A stretch of DNA of 64,000 bases from positions 29,057-93,056 of the forward strand of contig CAWDRD010000125.1 in the NCBI GenBank assembly GCA_963804455.1, read 5' to 3'. The position numbers and the translations under genes were made by a program. Source of the DNA: an uncultured Actinomycetes bacterium. Lineage in GTDB: Bacteria; Actinomycetota; Actinomycetes; Streptosporangiales; Streptosporangiaceae. The first letter of the stretch is position 1; every line of letters starts with the position of its first letter. This document shows positions 43,040 to 54,500 of the stretch, in pieces. The notes under the pieces were generated by a model. That model made no database searches. It worked only from the letters and a program-made list of their open reading frames with translations, and had not been told where the DNA came from.

Positions 43040-43650
43040 CGGCCCGGCCGCGCGCAGCGAGCGGAGCGCGGCCAGCCCGCCGCTCAGGGCGCCGGGCCGC
43101 AGCAGCGGCCGGTCCGGGGTGTCGGACACAGCGCGGAGCACGGCCAGCGGCCTGCCGTTGGCCGCCTGGGCCAGGGCCGCGGACTCCAGGTCGGCGACGA
43201 GCGCGCCACCGGCCGCGAGCCGTTCCCGCTCGGCCCCGTGCACCAGGTGATCGACGGAGATGATCCGGCCCGCACGGACGGGCAGCCCGGCCCGGCGCAG
43301 TTCGCCGGCCAGCAGCGGCGCGGACGCCGCGTGACCAGGTGCTGGTGCCGTCACTGACCTCGGTGCCGACGACGAGGTCACCGGGGTGCAGATCAGCGGC
43401 CAGACCGCCGCCGGTGCCGGCGATGGCCAGGGCGGGGAACGGGCGTTCCCGGGCGGCCGCGGTCCACCGCGCGGCGCGCTTGGCCCGTACCCGGTGGCCT
43501 CGACCTGCCCGGTGGGCTCGACCTGCGCAGCGGCGGTCAGCCCGCGCCGGACCGCCCTGGCCTCCAGCCGCATCGGCGCGCCGACGAGCAGGCCCGGGGA
43601 CGGGTCCGCGGGCGGGGGGCTGGCGGCGCCGGCGATGTCTGGCTGGCCGT
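43040..43650 (-). CDS. hpnG: hopanoid-associated nucleoside phosphorylase HpnG (PNP/MTA-nucleosidase fold), heavily frame-disrupted
   Basis: ...[56 protein letters not shown] in ORF 42833..43804, and [13 protein letters not shown] in an alternate frame. Between shc and ispH as in hpn clusters. Boundaries approximate. Confidence 0.55.
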
Positions 43651-43673
43651 GCGCCGGGGCATGACCGGGGCCC

Positions 43674-45643
43674 TCATTCTGTGCCTGCCAGTTCGGTGGC
43701 CGCCAGGTACCGGCCGAGCGCGCTGACCGGGAAGACCAGCCGGTACAGGTGGTAGTTGATGTAGAAGTCACCGGGGAACCCGGTCCCGGTGTACTGCGGC
43801 TCATCCCAGGTCCCGTCGGGCCGCTGGTGCTCGGCGAGCCAGCGGACGCCCGCTTCCGCGGCGGGCCCCGGGGGCCCGGCGGCCAGCAACGCGAGCAGGG
43901 CCCACGCGGTCTGCGACGCGGTGGACGTGCCCTGCCCGGCCAGCGCCGGATCGTCGTAGGAGCGCAGGTCCTCGCCCCAGCCGCCGTCGGCGTTCTGGTG
44001 CTGCTCGAGCCAGGCCACCGCGCGCCGGATGGCCGGCTTGGACGCGGGCACCCCCGCCGCGATCAGCGCGGGCACCACGGCGCCGGTGCCGTACACGTAG
44101 TTGGCGCCCCACCGGCCGAACCAGGACCCGTCCGGCTCCTGCGCGCGGAGCAGCCAGACCACGCCGCGGCGGGCGGCCCGGGAGGCAGCCTGCCCCTCCG
44201 CGGCCAGCGCCTCGACCACGTGCGCGGTGACATCGGCGGACGGCGGGTCCACCACCGCGCCGAAGTCGCAGAACGGCAGCTTGGTGACCAGTTGTGAGGT
44301 GTTGTCGGCGTCGAACGCGCCCCAGCCGCCGTCCCGGGACTGCATCCCGGTGATCCAGCGCAGCCCGCGTTCCACCGCCGGGTGCCGGCCGCCGTCCGGG
44401 GCCGGCAGGCCACGCCGGTCCGGCGCAGCGCGAGGACCGCTTCCGCGGTGTCGTCGATGTCCGGATACCCGTCGTTGTCGAACTCGAAGGCCCAGCCGCC
44501 CGGGGCCAGGGACGGCCGGCGTACCTGCCAGTCCCCGGGCCCGGGGATCTCCTCGGCCAGCAGCCACTGCGCGGCCCGGGCCAGCGCCGGGTGGTCCGGC
44601 GGCAGCCCGGCGTCGGCGAGCGCGATGACGGAAAGCACGGTGTCCCACACCGGCGACTGGCACGCCTCCAGTCGGCGCACCGGGCCGTTGGGTGAGTCCT
44701 CGTGGATCGTGAACCGGTCCAGGCCGGCCAGGCCGCGCCGCATCACCGGGTGATCCAGCCGGTAGCCGAGCAGGTGCAGCGCCATCAGCGAGTAGACCCA
44801 GGGCGGCTGGATCCCGCCCCAGCAGCCGTCGGCCTCCTGGCGGGCGATGATCCAGTCCGCGCAGCGGCGCAGCGCGGCCCGGCGCACCGCCCGGACCGGC
44901 CGGGCCCGCGGCCCGTGCCGCTGCGCCACGTGCAGCACCCGGTCCAGGCCGCCGAACACGGCTTCCCAGCCGGTCCGGCCCCTGACCTGGTCCGACTTGC
45001 GGGACGGGCGGGCCGCTCCGGCAGCGGGATCCGCCCGGATTTCGTCCAGGCCGAAGGGGAGGGGCCGGACCGGGCGGAACGAGCCTACGACAGTCAGCGG
45101 CACGATGGTCTGCCGCGCCCAGCATGCCCAGTCGTAAACGTTGAGCGGGAACCAGGTCGGCAGGTAGACCAGCTCGGGTGGCATCACCGGCAGGTCGTCC
45201 CAGGACCACTGGCCGAACAGGGCGAGCCAGATCCGGGTGAACACCCGGGTGGCCGCGATCCCGCCGCGCTCGGTGATCCAGCGGGCCGCCTGGGCCATCC
45301 GCGGTGCGTCCGCGGGATACCCGGCCAGCCGCAGCGCCACGTAGGCCTCGACGGTGGTGGACAGGTCGCCCGGGCCGCCGAAGAAGTTGGCCCAGGTGCC
45401 GTCGTCGCGCTGCTGGGAGGCGATCCAGCGGGCCGCGGCCACCGTCTCCGCCTCGACGGCGACGCCCAGGAACTCGCGGAGCAGCAGATCCTCCGCGTCC
45501 ATGGTCACGTTGGTTTCCAGCTCGCCCTGCCACCAGCCCGCCTCGTGCTGCAGGCCGAGCAGGTGATCCCGGGCACTGGCCAGGGCAGCCTGCGCACTGG
45601 AAGCCACGGAGGCGCTGTCAGACCGTGCATGCGTCACTGTCAT
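43674..45643 (-). CDS. shc: squalene–hopene cyclase (frame break near 44400-44470)
   Basis: N-terminal 400 aa in ORF 44063..45643 with QW repeats (GTWANFFGG..., DGCWGGIQP...). C-terminal 260 aa in ORF 43674..45533 (...[13 protein letters not shown]...[17 protein letters not shown]...[11 protein letters not shown]...). Confidence 0.9.
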
Positions 45644-45772
45644 GGTTCCACCTCACCTCCGCCACGGGACTGTTCATCAGCCACCTCCACCACGCAGCAA
45701 CCCTCGCGGCTGCTGCCGCAACCAGCTATCCCTGCGTCCTCCGGCACCACGGTCACCAGCGGCCGTGGTGCG

Positions 45773-46760
45773 CTACCACTGCCGGGCCGTGATGAACTCG
45801 GCGATGCCCGCGAACTCGGCCCGGACCTCCTCCGGCATGTCCGTCTCGGCCAGGCACTCCTCGGCGGCCGCCAGCTCCGCAGCCGCCTCGTTCTCGGCCC
45901 AGTCCTTGCCGCCCGCCTCCACCACCAGCGTGGCCGCCCGAAGCAGTTCGTCCTCGGTCAGCTGGTCGGTCCGGCTGAGCAGCCCGGCGAGTTCCGCCCC
46001 GGCCGGTGTCCCGCTGGTCAGCGCGGCCACCACGGGCAGCGACTTCTTCCGTGCCCGCAGGTCGGCCCGCACCGGCTTGCCGGTGACCTCGGGTGCCCCC
46101 CAGATGCCCAGCAGGTCATCGGTCAGCTGGAAGGCCTGCCCGGCGTGCGCGCCGAACCCGGCCAGCCCCATGGCCAGCCCGGCCGGGCGCGCCCACGTGA
46201 ATGGCGCCGATGCTGCACGCGCAGGCCATCAGCGCCGCGGTCTTGTCCCCGGCCATCGTCAGGCACTCGGCCAGGGTGACGTCGTTGCGCTGCTCGAACG
46301 CCAGGTCCGCGCCCTGCCCGGCGATCAGCCGGAGCACCGCGGCGGACAGGCAGCGGGCCGCCCAGATGCCCTGTGCGCTGCTGTCCTCCAGCAGGATGTC
46401 CTGGGCCAGGGCGAGCAGCGCGTCGCCCGCCAGGATGGCCGCGCCCACGCCGTGCACAGTCCACGCGGTGGGCCGGTGCCGGCGCTCGGCGTCGCCGTCC
46501 ATGATGTCGTCGTGCAGCAGGGAGAAGTTGTGCACGAGTTCCACCGCGACCGCGGCGGGCACGCCCCGGTCGGCCGTGGTCCCGGCCGCCCGCGCGGACA
46601 GCAGGGCCAGGGCGGGCCGTAGCGCCTTGCCCGCTCCCCCGCTGCCGTCCAGCCCGAGGTGATAGGCGGCTACCGCCTGCACCTCAGGGCTGAGCCGGGC
46701 TACCGCCGCAGCGATGGCCGGCCCGACCAGATCGCGGGCGGTTTCCACGCCCGCTGGCAT
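45773..46760 (-). CDS. polyprenyl diphosphate synthase (FPP/GGPP synthase of the hopanoid cluster), frame break near 46140
   Basis: First DDxxD (LLHDDIMDGD) in ORF 46116..46976. Second aspartate-rich motif region (FQLTDDLLGIWG) in ORF 45773..46171. Confidence 0.8.
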
Positions 46761-46768
46761 GACCGCCG

Positions 46769-48316
46769 TCACGACGCCGCTCCCGCCACCGTCACCGGCA
46801 GCGGCGCGTCTGCGCCGCGGCGCGCCCGCGCCATCCCGCGTCGCAGCTCTCGCGCTGCGCTGAGTCCGCTTCGCACGGCTCCCTCCATCGTGTCTGGCCA
46901 CCCGGTATCGGTCCACGCACCCGCGAGCACCAGTCCAGGGAGCCCGGTGCCAGCTCCCGGCCGCTTCGCGCCGCACCCGGGTACCTGCCGGAACGTGGCC
47001 CGGCGCTCCCTGGTGACGAAGAAGTCAAGGACCCGCGCGCCGCGGGCGGCGGGGAAAAGCTGTTCCAGCGCGGGCACGAACTGCTCGCGCAGTGCGGCCG
47101 CGGGCATGTCGATCATGCCATCCGCGGCCGACACCGAGACCGCCAGGTATTGCCCGCCGGGATGCTTGCGGTGCAGCCCCGAGGGACCAGTCCGGTCGAA
47201 CACCCACTGCACCGGGGAGTCCACCCCGGCCGCGAACGGCAGTTCGGTGACCTGCCGGTCGTAGATCACGTGCACGTTGAGGATCGGCGAGGCGGCCAGC
47301 CCGCGCCAGTCACCCGGGCCCGGCGTCCCGGCCGCGGCGCTGGCGGGCAGCAGCCGGGCCGCCACGTCCGGCGGCACCGCGAGGACCACGCCGTCCGCGG
47401 CCAGCACGGGGTCGGCCAGCACGGGGTCAGCCAGCACGGGCTCGGCCAGCACGGGGTCAGCCGGGGCCGTGCCGCCGCGGGTCCCGCGGTCGGCCAGCCG
47501 CACCCGGAAGCCCTCGCCGTCAGCCGGCTCGATGGCAGCGACCTTCGTGCTCAGCCGTACGGTGGCGCCCAGCTGGGCCAGCCGCCGGGCGGCGGCCTGG
47601 CCGTGCAGGTCACCGAGGGGGATGGCGGGCACCCCGATGTCCGCCGCGTCCTTGGCCCCGAGCAGCGCGGTACGCACCACGGTCGCGGCCAGCGACAGGT
47701 TGGCATCGTCCCCGCCGACGTTGAGCGCCGACACGGTGAACAGGTCCCAGAGCACCCGGCGGGCCCGCTCACCCTGCCCGTGCGCGGCCAGCCAGTCGCC
47801 CAGCCGCCCGTCGTCCGCGCCCGGCCGGGCCGGGTCGAGGAACCGCATGGCCAGCGCGGCCCGGGTGACCCGCAGCCGGTCGGCCAGCGGCAGGAAAGAG
47901 TACCCGGCCAGGGCCCAGCTCATGTGCAGCGGCCCGGGCAGCGCGGTCCGGCGCAGCCGGGCCTGGCCGTCCGGGCTGAGCACGGTCACGTCGAACCGGT
48001 CCTGCACCGTGACCGCATCGGTCATGCCAAGCCGGGCGATCAGCCCCTGGTAGGCGGCGCAGCAACGGAGGAACACGTGCTGGCCGTTGTCGATGATCAG
48101 CCCGTCGCGGCTGAACGAGCAGGTCGCACCGCCCAGCCGGGGCCTGGCCTCGAGCAGGGTGACCGCACTGCCCGCCTCGCGCAGCGCGATCGCCGCGGTG
48201 ATGCCGGCCAGGCCGCCGCCGACCACCACGACGTGGCGGCCCGGGCCGGTGTTCAGCGGGCCGGTGCGCAACGGCCCGGTACCCAGCGGCCCGGGACTCA
48301 CCTCACCCCGGCTCAT
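46769..48316 (-). CDS. hpnE: hydroxysqualene dehydroxylase HpnE (FAD-dependent amine-oxidase fold)
   Basis: Intact 515-aa ORF. HVVVVGGGLAGITAAIAL Rossmann motif. Contains a 15-bp x4 tandem repeat (DPVLAxPVLADPVLADPVLA) at about 47402-47461. Confidence 0.85.
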   Translation of the reverse strand: MSRGEVSPGPLGTGPLRTGPLNTGPGRHVVVVGGGLAGITAAIALREAGSAVTLLEARPRLGGATCSFSRDGLIIDNGQHVFLRCCAAYQGLIARLGMTDAVTVQDRFDVTVLSPDGQARLRRTALPGPLHMSWALAGYSFLPLADRLRVTRAALAMRFLDPARPGADDGRLGDWLAAHGQGERARRVLWDLFTVSALNVGGDDANLSLAATVVRTALLGAKDAADIGVPAIPLGDLHGQAAARRLAQLGATVRLSTKVAAIEPADGEGFRVRLADRGTRGGTAPADPVLAEPVLADPVLADPVLAADGVVLAVPPDVAARLLPASAAAGTPGPGDWRGLAASPILNVHVIYDRQVTELPFAAGVDSPVQWVFDRTGPSGLHRKHPGGQYLAVSVSAADGMIDMPAAALREQFVPALEQLFPAARGARVLDFFVTRERRATFRQVPGCGAKRPGAGTGLPGLVLAGAWTDTGWPDTMEGAVRSGLSAARELRRGMARARRGADAPLPVTVAGAAS

Positions 48317-49312
48317 TGCGGCGCTCCTGGTTGCGGGGTCCCGGGTTGCGAGGTTCCGGGCGCGGCGGCGGTGGAGCGGGCCGCGGGCCGGCTGCCGCGC
48401 AGCGCCATGCCGGCCAGCGACCTGGCCGCCACCATGGCCTTCTGGCCGGCCGACAGCGAGACCCGGCGCTGCAGGACCGCCGCCGGGGTGGCCGCGATGT
48501 GCTCCAGCAACCGGAAATAGATCCCGGCCATGGCCCCGGTGCAGGCCGCGCTGCGCCGGTCCAGCAGCGGCAACAGCCGCAGCCCGCGCTCGTACCAGGT
48601 GCGGGCGCGGTCGGCCTCGAATACCACGAGCTCGACCAGCCTGGGGTCGGCGGCCGCCCCGGAAACGTTGCCGCGGTCCGGCGTGTCCTCCCCGGTGGCG
48701 GCGAAGCCAGTGCCGTCCGGCGGCAAGGTGGCGCCGAACCGCTCGAAGTCCTCGGCAGGCAGGTAGACGCGCCCGTTGGAGTAGTCCTCGCGGATGTCCC
48801 GCAGGATGTTGGTGAGCTGCAGCGCCACCCCGAGCGCGTCGGCCAGCGGCGCCGCCTCAGCCACGTCCGGGGTGCCGAACACGCCGAGTGAGAGCCGCCC
48901 GATCGAGCCTGCCACGCAGCGGCAGTAGTGCCGGAGGTCGTCGAACGTGGCGTAGCTGGTGCCCCGGACGTCGGCCTCGCACCCATCGATCAGCTCGCCG
49001 AACGCGGCCAGCGGGATCGGGAACCGGCTCGCGGCGTCGGCCAGGGCGACGAGTACCGGGTCGCCGTCCGCGGCGGCCGGGCCCCGCTCGGCCACCGCGG
49101 TCACGCTGGCCCGCTCCTGCTCCAGCGCGGTGAGCTTGTCGGCCGCGGGCAGCGTTCCGTCGCCGATGTCGTCGATCCGCCGGGCGAAGGCGTACACGGA
49201 CGGCGAGCGCCCCGCGCTTGGCCGGCGGCAGCAGCCGGATGCCGTAGGAGAAGTTACTGCGCCTGGGACCAGGTGATCTCCTCGCAGTGCCGGTACGCGG
49301 CACGCACGTCCA
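48313..49312 (-). CDS. hpnD: presqualene diphosphate synthase HpnD (frame break near 49200-49250)
   Basis: gggaggtga RBS before ATG (MDVRAAYRHCEEITWSQAQ, then shifted NFSYGIRLLPPAKRGAL). Main body YAFARRIDDIGDG...DRARTWYERGLRLLPLL in ORF 48313..49197. Confidence 0.8.
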
Positions 49313-50552
49313 TCGCGTCACCTCCCGGTCGGCATAAGCCCTCAGCACTTCTTTCGCCAGCCGGCTGCGCCGTGGGTGCGGGGTCGAGCGCAGTACGTCG
49401 TGCCCAGCCGCCGGCAATGGCGGCCAGGGCGGCCCGGCCGCCGGCCACGTAACCGGCCACGGCAACCCGGGCCGCGCCGCGCAAATTCCCGACCAGCGGC
49501 GCGCCCTCGTCCAGCAGCCGCCGGGCCCGGTTCACCTCGAACTCGATCAGCGCCCGCGACCGCGGCGCTGCCTGGGCCGCGGCCAGGTCAGCTTCGGTGA
49601 CACCGAACCGGTCCATGTCCTCGCCCGGGAGGTAGATCCGGCCCGCCCGGAAATCCTCGGCCACGTCCTGCCAGTGCTCGGCCAGCTGCAGCGCGGTGCA
49701 CACCTTGTCGGACAGGGCTTCCCGGTCCGGGTGGCCACGCCGAACACGTACAGCACGATCCGGCCGACCGGGTTGGCGGACAGGCTCGCAGTAGGCCAGC
49801 AGGTCCGCGAAGGTCTGGTACCGGGTGACCACCTGGTCCTGCCGGTTGGCCTGGATCAGGTCGCGGAACGGCTGCTCCGGGATCGCGCAGCTGGCCACGG
49901 CCGGCCCCAGCGCGCGGACCACGCCGATCTGCGGCCCGGCCGCACCGGCCCGTTCCTGGCTGGCGGGTTCCTGGGTGGCCAGCTCCTGCGTGGCCTGGTC
50001 CTGGTTAGTCCGGTTCTGGTTAATCCGGTCCTGGCTGGCCTGCTGCTGGATGGCCGGGGCCGGGCCGGGCGGGCTCTGGTACAGCCGGGCCAGGTCGGCC
50101 TCGAGCTCGTCGAGCAGGCGCATCCGCTCCCCGGGCGGCGCCTCGTCGCCCATGTCGTCCACGGCCCGGGCGAATCCGTAGACCGCCGTCAGGTGCCCCC
50201 GGTAGCGGGCCGGCAGCAGCCGCAGCGCGACCGGGAAGTTCTCCGCACTGGCCTGGCCCGCCGCGGCCGCCCCGATCGCATCCGCCGTTACCTCGGCCGG
50301 CGGCGAGGCGAATGGCTGGGCAGCGGCCTGCCCGGGAACGGCCTGCCCGGGAACGGCCTGCCCGGGAACGGCCTGCCCGGGAACGGCCTGCCCGGGAACG
50401 GCCTGCCCGGAAGCGGCCTGCCCGGAAGCGGCCTGCCCGGGAACGGCCTGCCCGGGAACGGCCTGCCCGGGAGCGGCCTGCCCGGGAGCGGCCTGCTGGC
50501 TAGATCCCGTAGGCGCCTCAGCGCGCACGGCAGCTTCCGCGGGCGCGGTCAT
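49254..50552 (-). CDS. hpnC: hydroxysqualene synthase HpnC with unusual N-terminal repeat extension and Q/N-rich insert; frame-disrupted; start uncertain
   Basis: ENFPVALRLLPARYRGHLTAVYGFARAVDDMGDE signature. LYVFGVAT in alternate frame 49547..49756. C-terminus ...RIYLPGEDMDRFGV... No in-frame start between the repeat array and ENFPV. Confidence 0.75.
   Translation of the reverse strand: MTAPAEAAVRAEAPTGSSQQAAPGQAAPGQAVPGQAVPGQAASGQAASGQAVPGQAVPGQAVPGQAVPGQAVPGQAAAQPFASPPAEVTADAIGAAAAGQASAENFPVALRLLPARYRGHLTAVYGFARAVDDMGDEAPPGERMRLLDELEADLARLYQSPPGPAPAIQQQASQDRINQNRTNQDQATQELATQEPASQERAGAAGPQIGVVRALGPAVASCAIPEQPFRDLIQANRQDQVVTRYQTFADLLAYCEPVRQPGRPDRAVRVRRGHPDREALSDKVCTALQLAEHWQDVAEDFRAGRIYLPGEDMDRFGVTEADLAAAQAAPRSRALIEFEVNRARRLLDEGAPLVGNLRGAARVAVAGYVAGGRAALAAIAGGWARRTALDPAPTAQPAGERSAEGLCRPGGDAMDVRAAYRHCEEITWSQAQ
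50325..50494. repeat. 15-bp tandem repeat (ggcctgcccgggaac and variants) x ~11, in frame within the hpnC 5' region
   Basis: Read directly. Encodes (PGQA[A/V])n on the minus strand with synonymous and A/V/S variants. Confidence 0.85.
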
Positions 50553-51169
50553 GTCCGTAGCCGCACCCGCGGCCGTTGAGCCGCGCAGGTCTCCCAATCT
50601 GGATACCTCCCCGAGCACGCTAACTATCTCCGTCATGCGAATGCAAACAATGACATCGACGTCACCTGACACGCCACCTGACACCGGTGTCGCAGATCTT
50701 CGCGCCACGGATCACGCGCGGCCCACATGGTGCCGGAAGAACATAAACACAATATGCCTAGCCTCATCGCAGGCGCGCCGCAGGCGGGCCGGACGGCGAA
50801 CCCTATACCACATTGTTACCGCCATTCGCAACGCATGCCCAGACGGGGTTTACAGGGTTTACGGCCACCTCCACCGCTCCCCGGCGAGGCAGCATCCTGC
50901 CAGCTCACAGTAGGATTCCTGGGAGATCCCCGGTATTGCCGCGGTGTCGGTGGAATGTTTCACCGAGGTTACACCTGATTCCGCCGCTGATATGCAGCCC
51001 AGGCGCGCACCCGCCGTCCCAGCGCACATGTGTGGTTACCGAACGCAATGCCGGCCCTTGATGTTTACCCGCGGCACCGCGGTGTTGCCGCCTGGTTGCG
51101 CCGCGCCGGTACGCCCGGCCCAGATCCGGGAGTGGTTCCCGCCCGGCCTTCCGGCGCGGCTTTCAATTA

Positions 51170-51213
51170 GCTGACGCAGATGTCATATTAATTTGCTGAC
51201 GCATATGTCATAT
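51170..51213. promoter_or_regulatory. two 19-bp direct repeats (gctgacgcaGatgtcatat / gctgacgcaTatgtcatat, 25-bp period) with internal TGAC-N6-GTCA dyads, overlapping a TTCAAT-N18-TATTAA promoter-like element
   Basis: Read directly in the 1-kb AT-richer spacer between divergent hpnC and cvnA, about 330 bp upstream of cvnA. Confidence 0.4.
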
Positions 51214-51540
51214 GGGGCACCGTTGCTGTGCGGCATCCCGCTGTCGGCCTCCCGCGCAGCTGTGCCATGGAGAGCGGCCCGAGGCAGGCCGGCCGGAGTG
51301 CACCGGGGAGTCGCCGCGGCCTAGAGCAGAACCACGCGGCCGGAACAGAGCCAGGCCGGCGGATCGCTGCGCTTTTGATACGAAACGTCGCAGAACGTAT
51401 GGGGAACAGCAAATATTCCCGGATTTGAGCTATGTGGCAAGTCTGCCCTTGCTACTATCCGGGGTTCCGGGGGTCTCCGATTCTTCTTCGTAGCCCCGTG
51501 ATCACAATTCCGTTCCACTTCTCCTGACGAGGCCAGCGCC

Positions 51541-54500
51541 ATGGGTTTGCGCCCCCGGTCGATACGTACGCGGATCTTCCTTCTCGTTCTCGTCCCGGTG
51601 CTTTCCCTGATCGGGCTGTACGCGTTCGCGACTGTGCTCACCGCGCGGAGCGCCATCGTCTTGTCCAGGTCCACCACGCTGAAGAACGCCACCGGCGAGC
51701 CGGTGGGCGCGTTCCTCGGCCAGCTCGACCGGGAGCGGCCGCTGGCCCTGGTCTACCTGTCCAGCCCCACCGCCGCGAACCTGGCCGCGCTCGAACTGCA
51801 GGAGACCAAGACCGCCGCGGCCGCGGCCGGGCTCAGCACCGCGCTCCACTCGAGCGCCACCATGGACAATGCGACCGCTGAGGGTAAGCAGGCCTTCGCC
51901 ACCCTGCTCTCTGCCGCCGCCGGGCTGCCGGCGCTGCGGGCCCAGATCCGCGCCCAGATCATCACCAGGCCGCAGGCCTTCGCCGCATACAACACCCTGG
52001 TCGCGGACGGCTACACCGTGCTGAACCAGGTCATCCTGGAGCAGACGAACGCCACGCTGGTGACCCAGGCGCTGGCCTTCGTGCGGATGGGCAAGTCCGA
52101 GGAGATGCTGCTCCGGGAGAGCGCGATCGTGTCCAGCGATCTGGCCGCGGGGTCGTTCCCGACTGCCGACCGCCAGCAGGTCGCCGAGCTGGCCGGGGCG
52201 CGCCGGGAGCTGTTCAGCCAGACCCTGCCTGACCTCCTGCCGCTGTACCGCGGCTACTACCAGCGGGACATCAGCAGCCAGGCCGCGGCCGCGCTGGTCG
52301 CGCAGGAGAACGCGGTCATCGGCGACACCAGCGCAAGCGGCCCGCCCCCGGTCAGCCCGCAGTCGTGGGGGGAGGCGGTCGGTGCGACGGCCGCCGGGCT
52401 GTCGCTGGCCGGCACCCAGGCCTCGAACGAGCTCACCCAGCGGGCGCACGCCAACTCCGAGTCCACCTACCTGGAACTGATCCTGGCCGGCGGGCTGGGC
52501 CTGCTGGCTGTGGCCCTGTCCATCTTCGTGTCCATCTGGATCGGCCGTGGCCTGGTGCGTGAGCTGGCTGCGCTGCGCCAGTCGGCCCTGGAACTCGCCG
52601 AGAAGCGGCTGCCCGACGTGGTGCGGCGGCTGGCCGCGGGGCAGGATGTGGACGTAGCTGCTGAGGCGCCCGAGCTGCCCGCTGCCTCCGATGAGATCGG
52701 CCAGGTCAGGCAGGCCTTCGCCGCAGTGCAGCAGACCGCCGTGGAAGCCGCCGTCGGGCAGGCCAGGCTACGGCAGGGCATCAGCGACATCTTCCGCAAC
52801 CTGGCCCGGCGCAGCCAGTCGCTGCTGCACCGCCAGCTCGCGCTGCTCGACGCGATGGAGCGCCGGGCGCGCGAGCCGGAGGAGCTCGAAGACCTGTTCC
52901 GCATCGACCACCTCACCACCCGGATGCGGCGGCACGCGGAGAGCCTGATCATCCTGTCCGGGGACGCGCCCGGCCCGGGGCTGGCGCAACCCGGTGCCGT
53001 TCGTGGACGTGCTCCGCGCGGCCGTCGCCGAGGTCGAGGACTACACCCGGATCAAGGTCACCGCGACCACCCGGGCCGCGATCGCCGGCCCGGCCGTGGC
53101 AGACGTCATTCACATGATCGCGGAGCTCGCGGAGAACGCTGTCGATCTTCTCCCCGCCGAATACCCCGGTGCTGATCAGCGGGGATGTGGTCGGACGCGG
53201 CTTCGCGGTGGAAATCGAGGACCGCGGCCTCGGGCTGAGCGAGGAGAAGCGGGCCGAGCTCAACGAGCTGCTGGAGAACCCGCCGCCGTTCGACCTGTCC
53301 GGCAGCGACCAGCTCGGCCTGTTCGTGGCGAGCCAGCTGGCCAAGAAGCACAGCATCCGGATCTCGCTGCGCTCCGTCGCCGTACGGCGGGACCACCGCG
53401 ATCGTGCTGATCCCGCTCGTCCTGGTCGTCCCGGAAAACTCCTACGAGAACGGCGCACCTGCTGGCGGTGCAGCCGCAGCCCAGCTGACCGGCAGGCACG
53501 CGGTCCGTGAAGAGCTCGCCAGCACCGACCTCGCCAGCACCGACCTGGACGGCACTGACCTGGACGGCACCGAACTGGACGGCACCGAACTGGACGGGAC
53601 CGAGCCGGCCTCGTTGCAGCCGGGCCTCCTCTACCAGGAGCCCGTCATCTCCGCAGGCCCCGCCGACCAGCGAGCGGCGGGCGGCCCGGCGGACCGGTGG
53701 TCGGCCGACGCGGCCGCCGACACGTGGGCGGGGCAGGACGCGGCGGGCAGCGACGCGGATACGGCGGCCAGCTGGTCAGCAGCGGACACCGTGGGCAACT
53801 GGTCAGCGGCGGACACCGCGGAAGCCTGGACCGGCGATACTGCGGCCGGCCCGGCCGGGAACGGTTTCGCTGGTCACGGCAGTAACGGGCACGGCGCTGT
53901 CCCGGCCAGCGGCCCTGACCTGGCCGGCGCTGAGCCTGGCAGGCCTGACCTCGCCGGCCCTGACCTCGCCGGCCCTGACCTCGCCGGCCCTGACCTCGCC
54001 GGCCCTGACCTAACGGACGCGGACTTGGCAGGCGCCGGCCCGGCCGAGGCTGAACTGGCCGACGCCGACCGGGCCGACGCCGAACTGGCCGACGCGGCCG
54101 GCCGACGCCGAACTGGCCGACGCGGGCACAGCCGACGCCGACGCGGCGGGCGCGGGCACAGTCGGCCCGGGCACAGCCGGCGCGGACGCGGGCAGCGCGG
54201 ACGCGGACAGCGCGGACGCGGACAGCGCGGTCCTGGACAGCGCCGGCTCTGGCCGGGCGGATCTCAACGGCGCTGGCGCGGACGCCGACGAGGTGGATGA
54301 GGCGTACCTGCTGCCACGGCGGGTCCGCCAGGCCAGCCTCGCCCCACAGCTACGGAACAGTCTGGTCCCCGGCCCGGTCACGCGGAGCAGCGACTTTGCC
54401 GCCGCGGCGGAGGCCTTCGACAGCCACTCCGCCCGCGACCGCGTCCTCGACGACCGCTCCCCCGAGCAGACCAGGAGCACGGTCGCCGCGATCCAGCAGG

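Noticed and set aside
50551-51428. Small ORFs in the hpnC–cvnA spacer (50551..50913 +, 50727..50978 +, 51188..51412 -, 51228..51428 +)
   Set aside because: There is no RBS, atypical composition, and no recognisable domains. The region is better explained as a regulatory or leader region with operator-like repeats.
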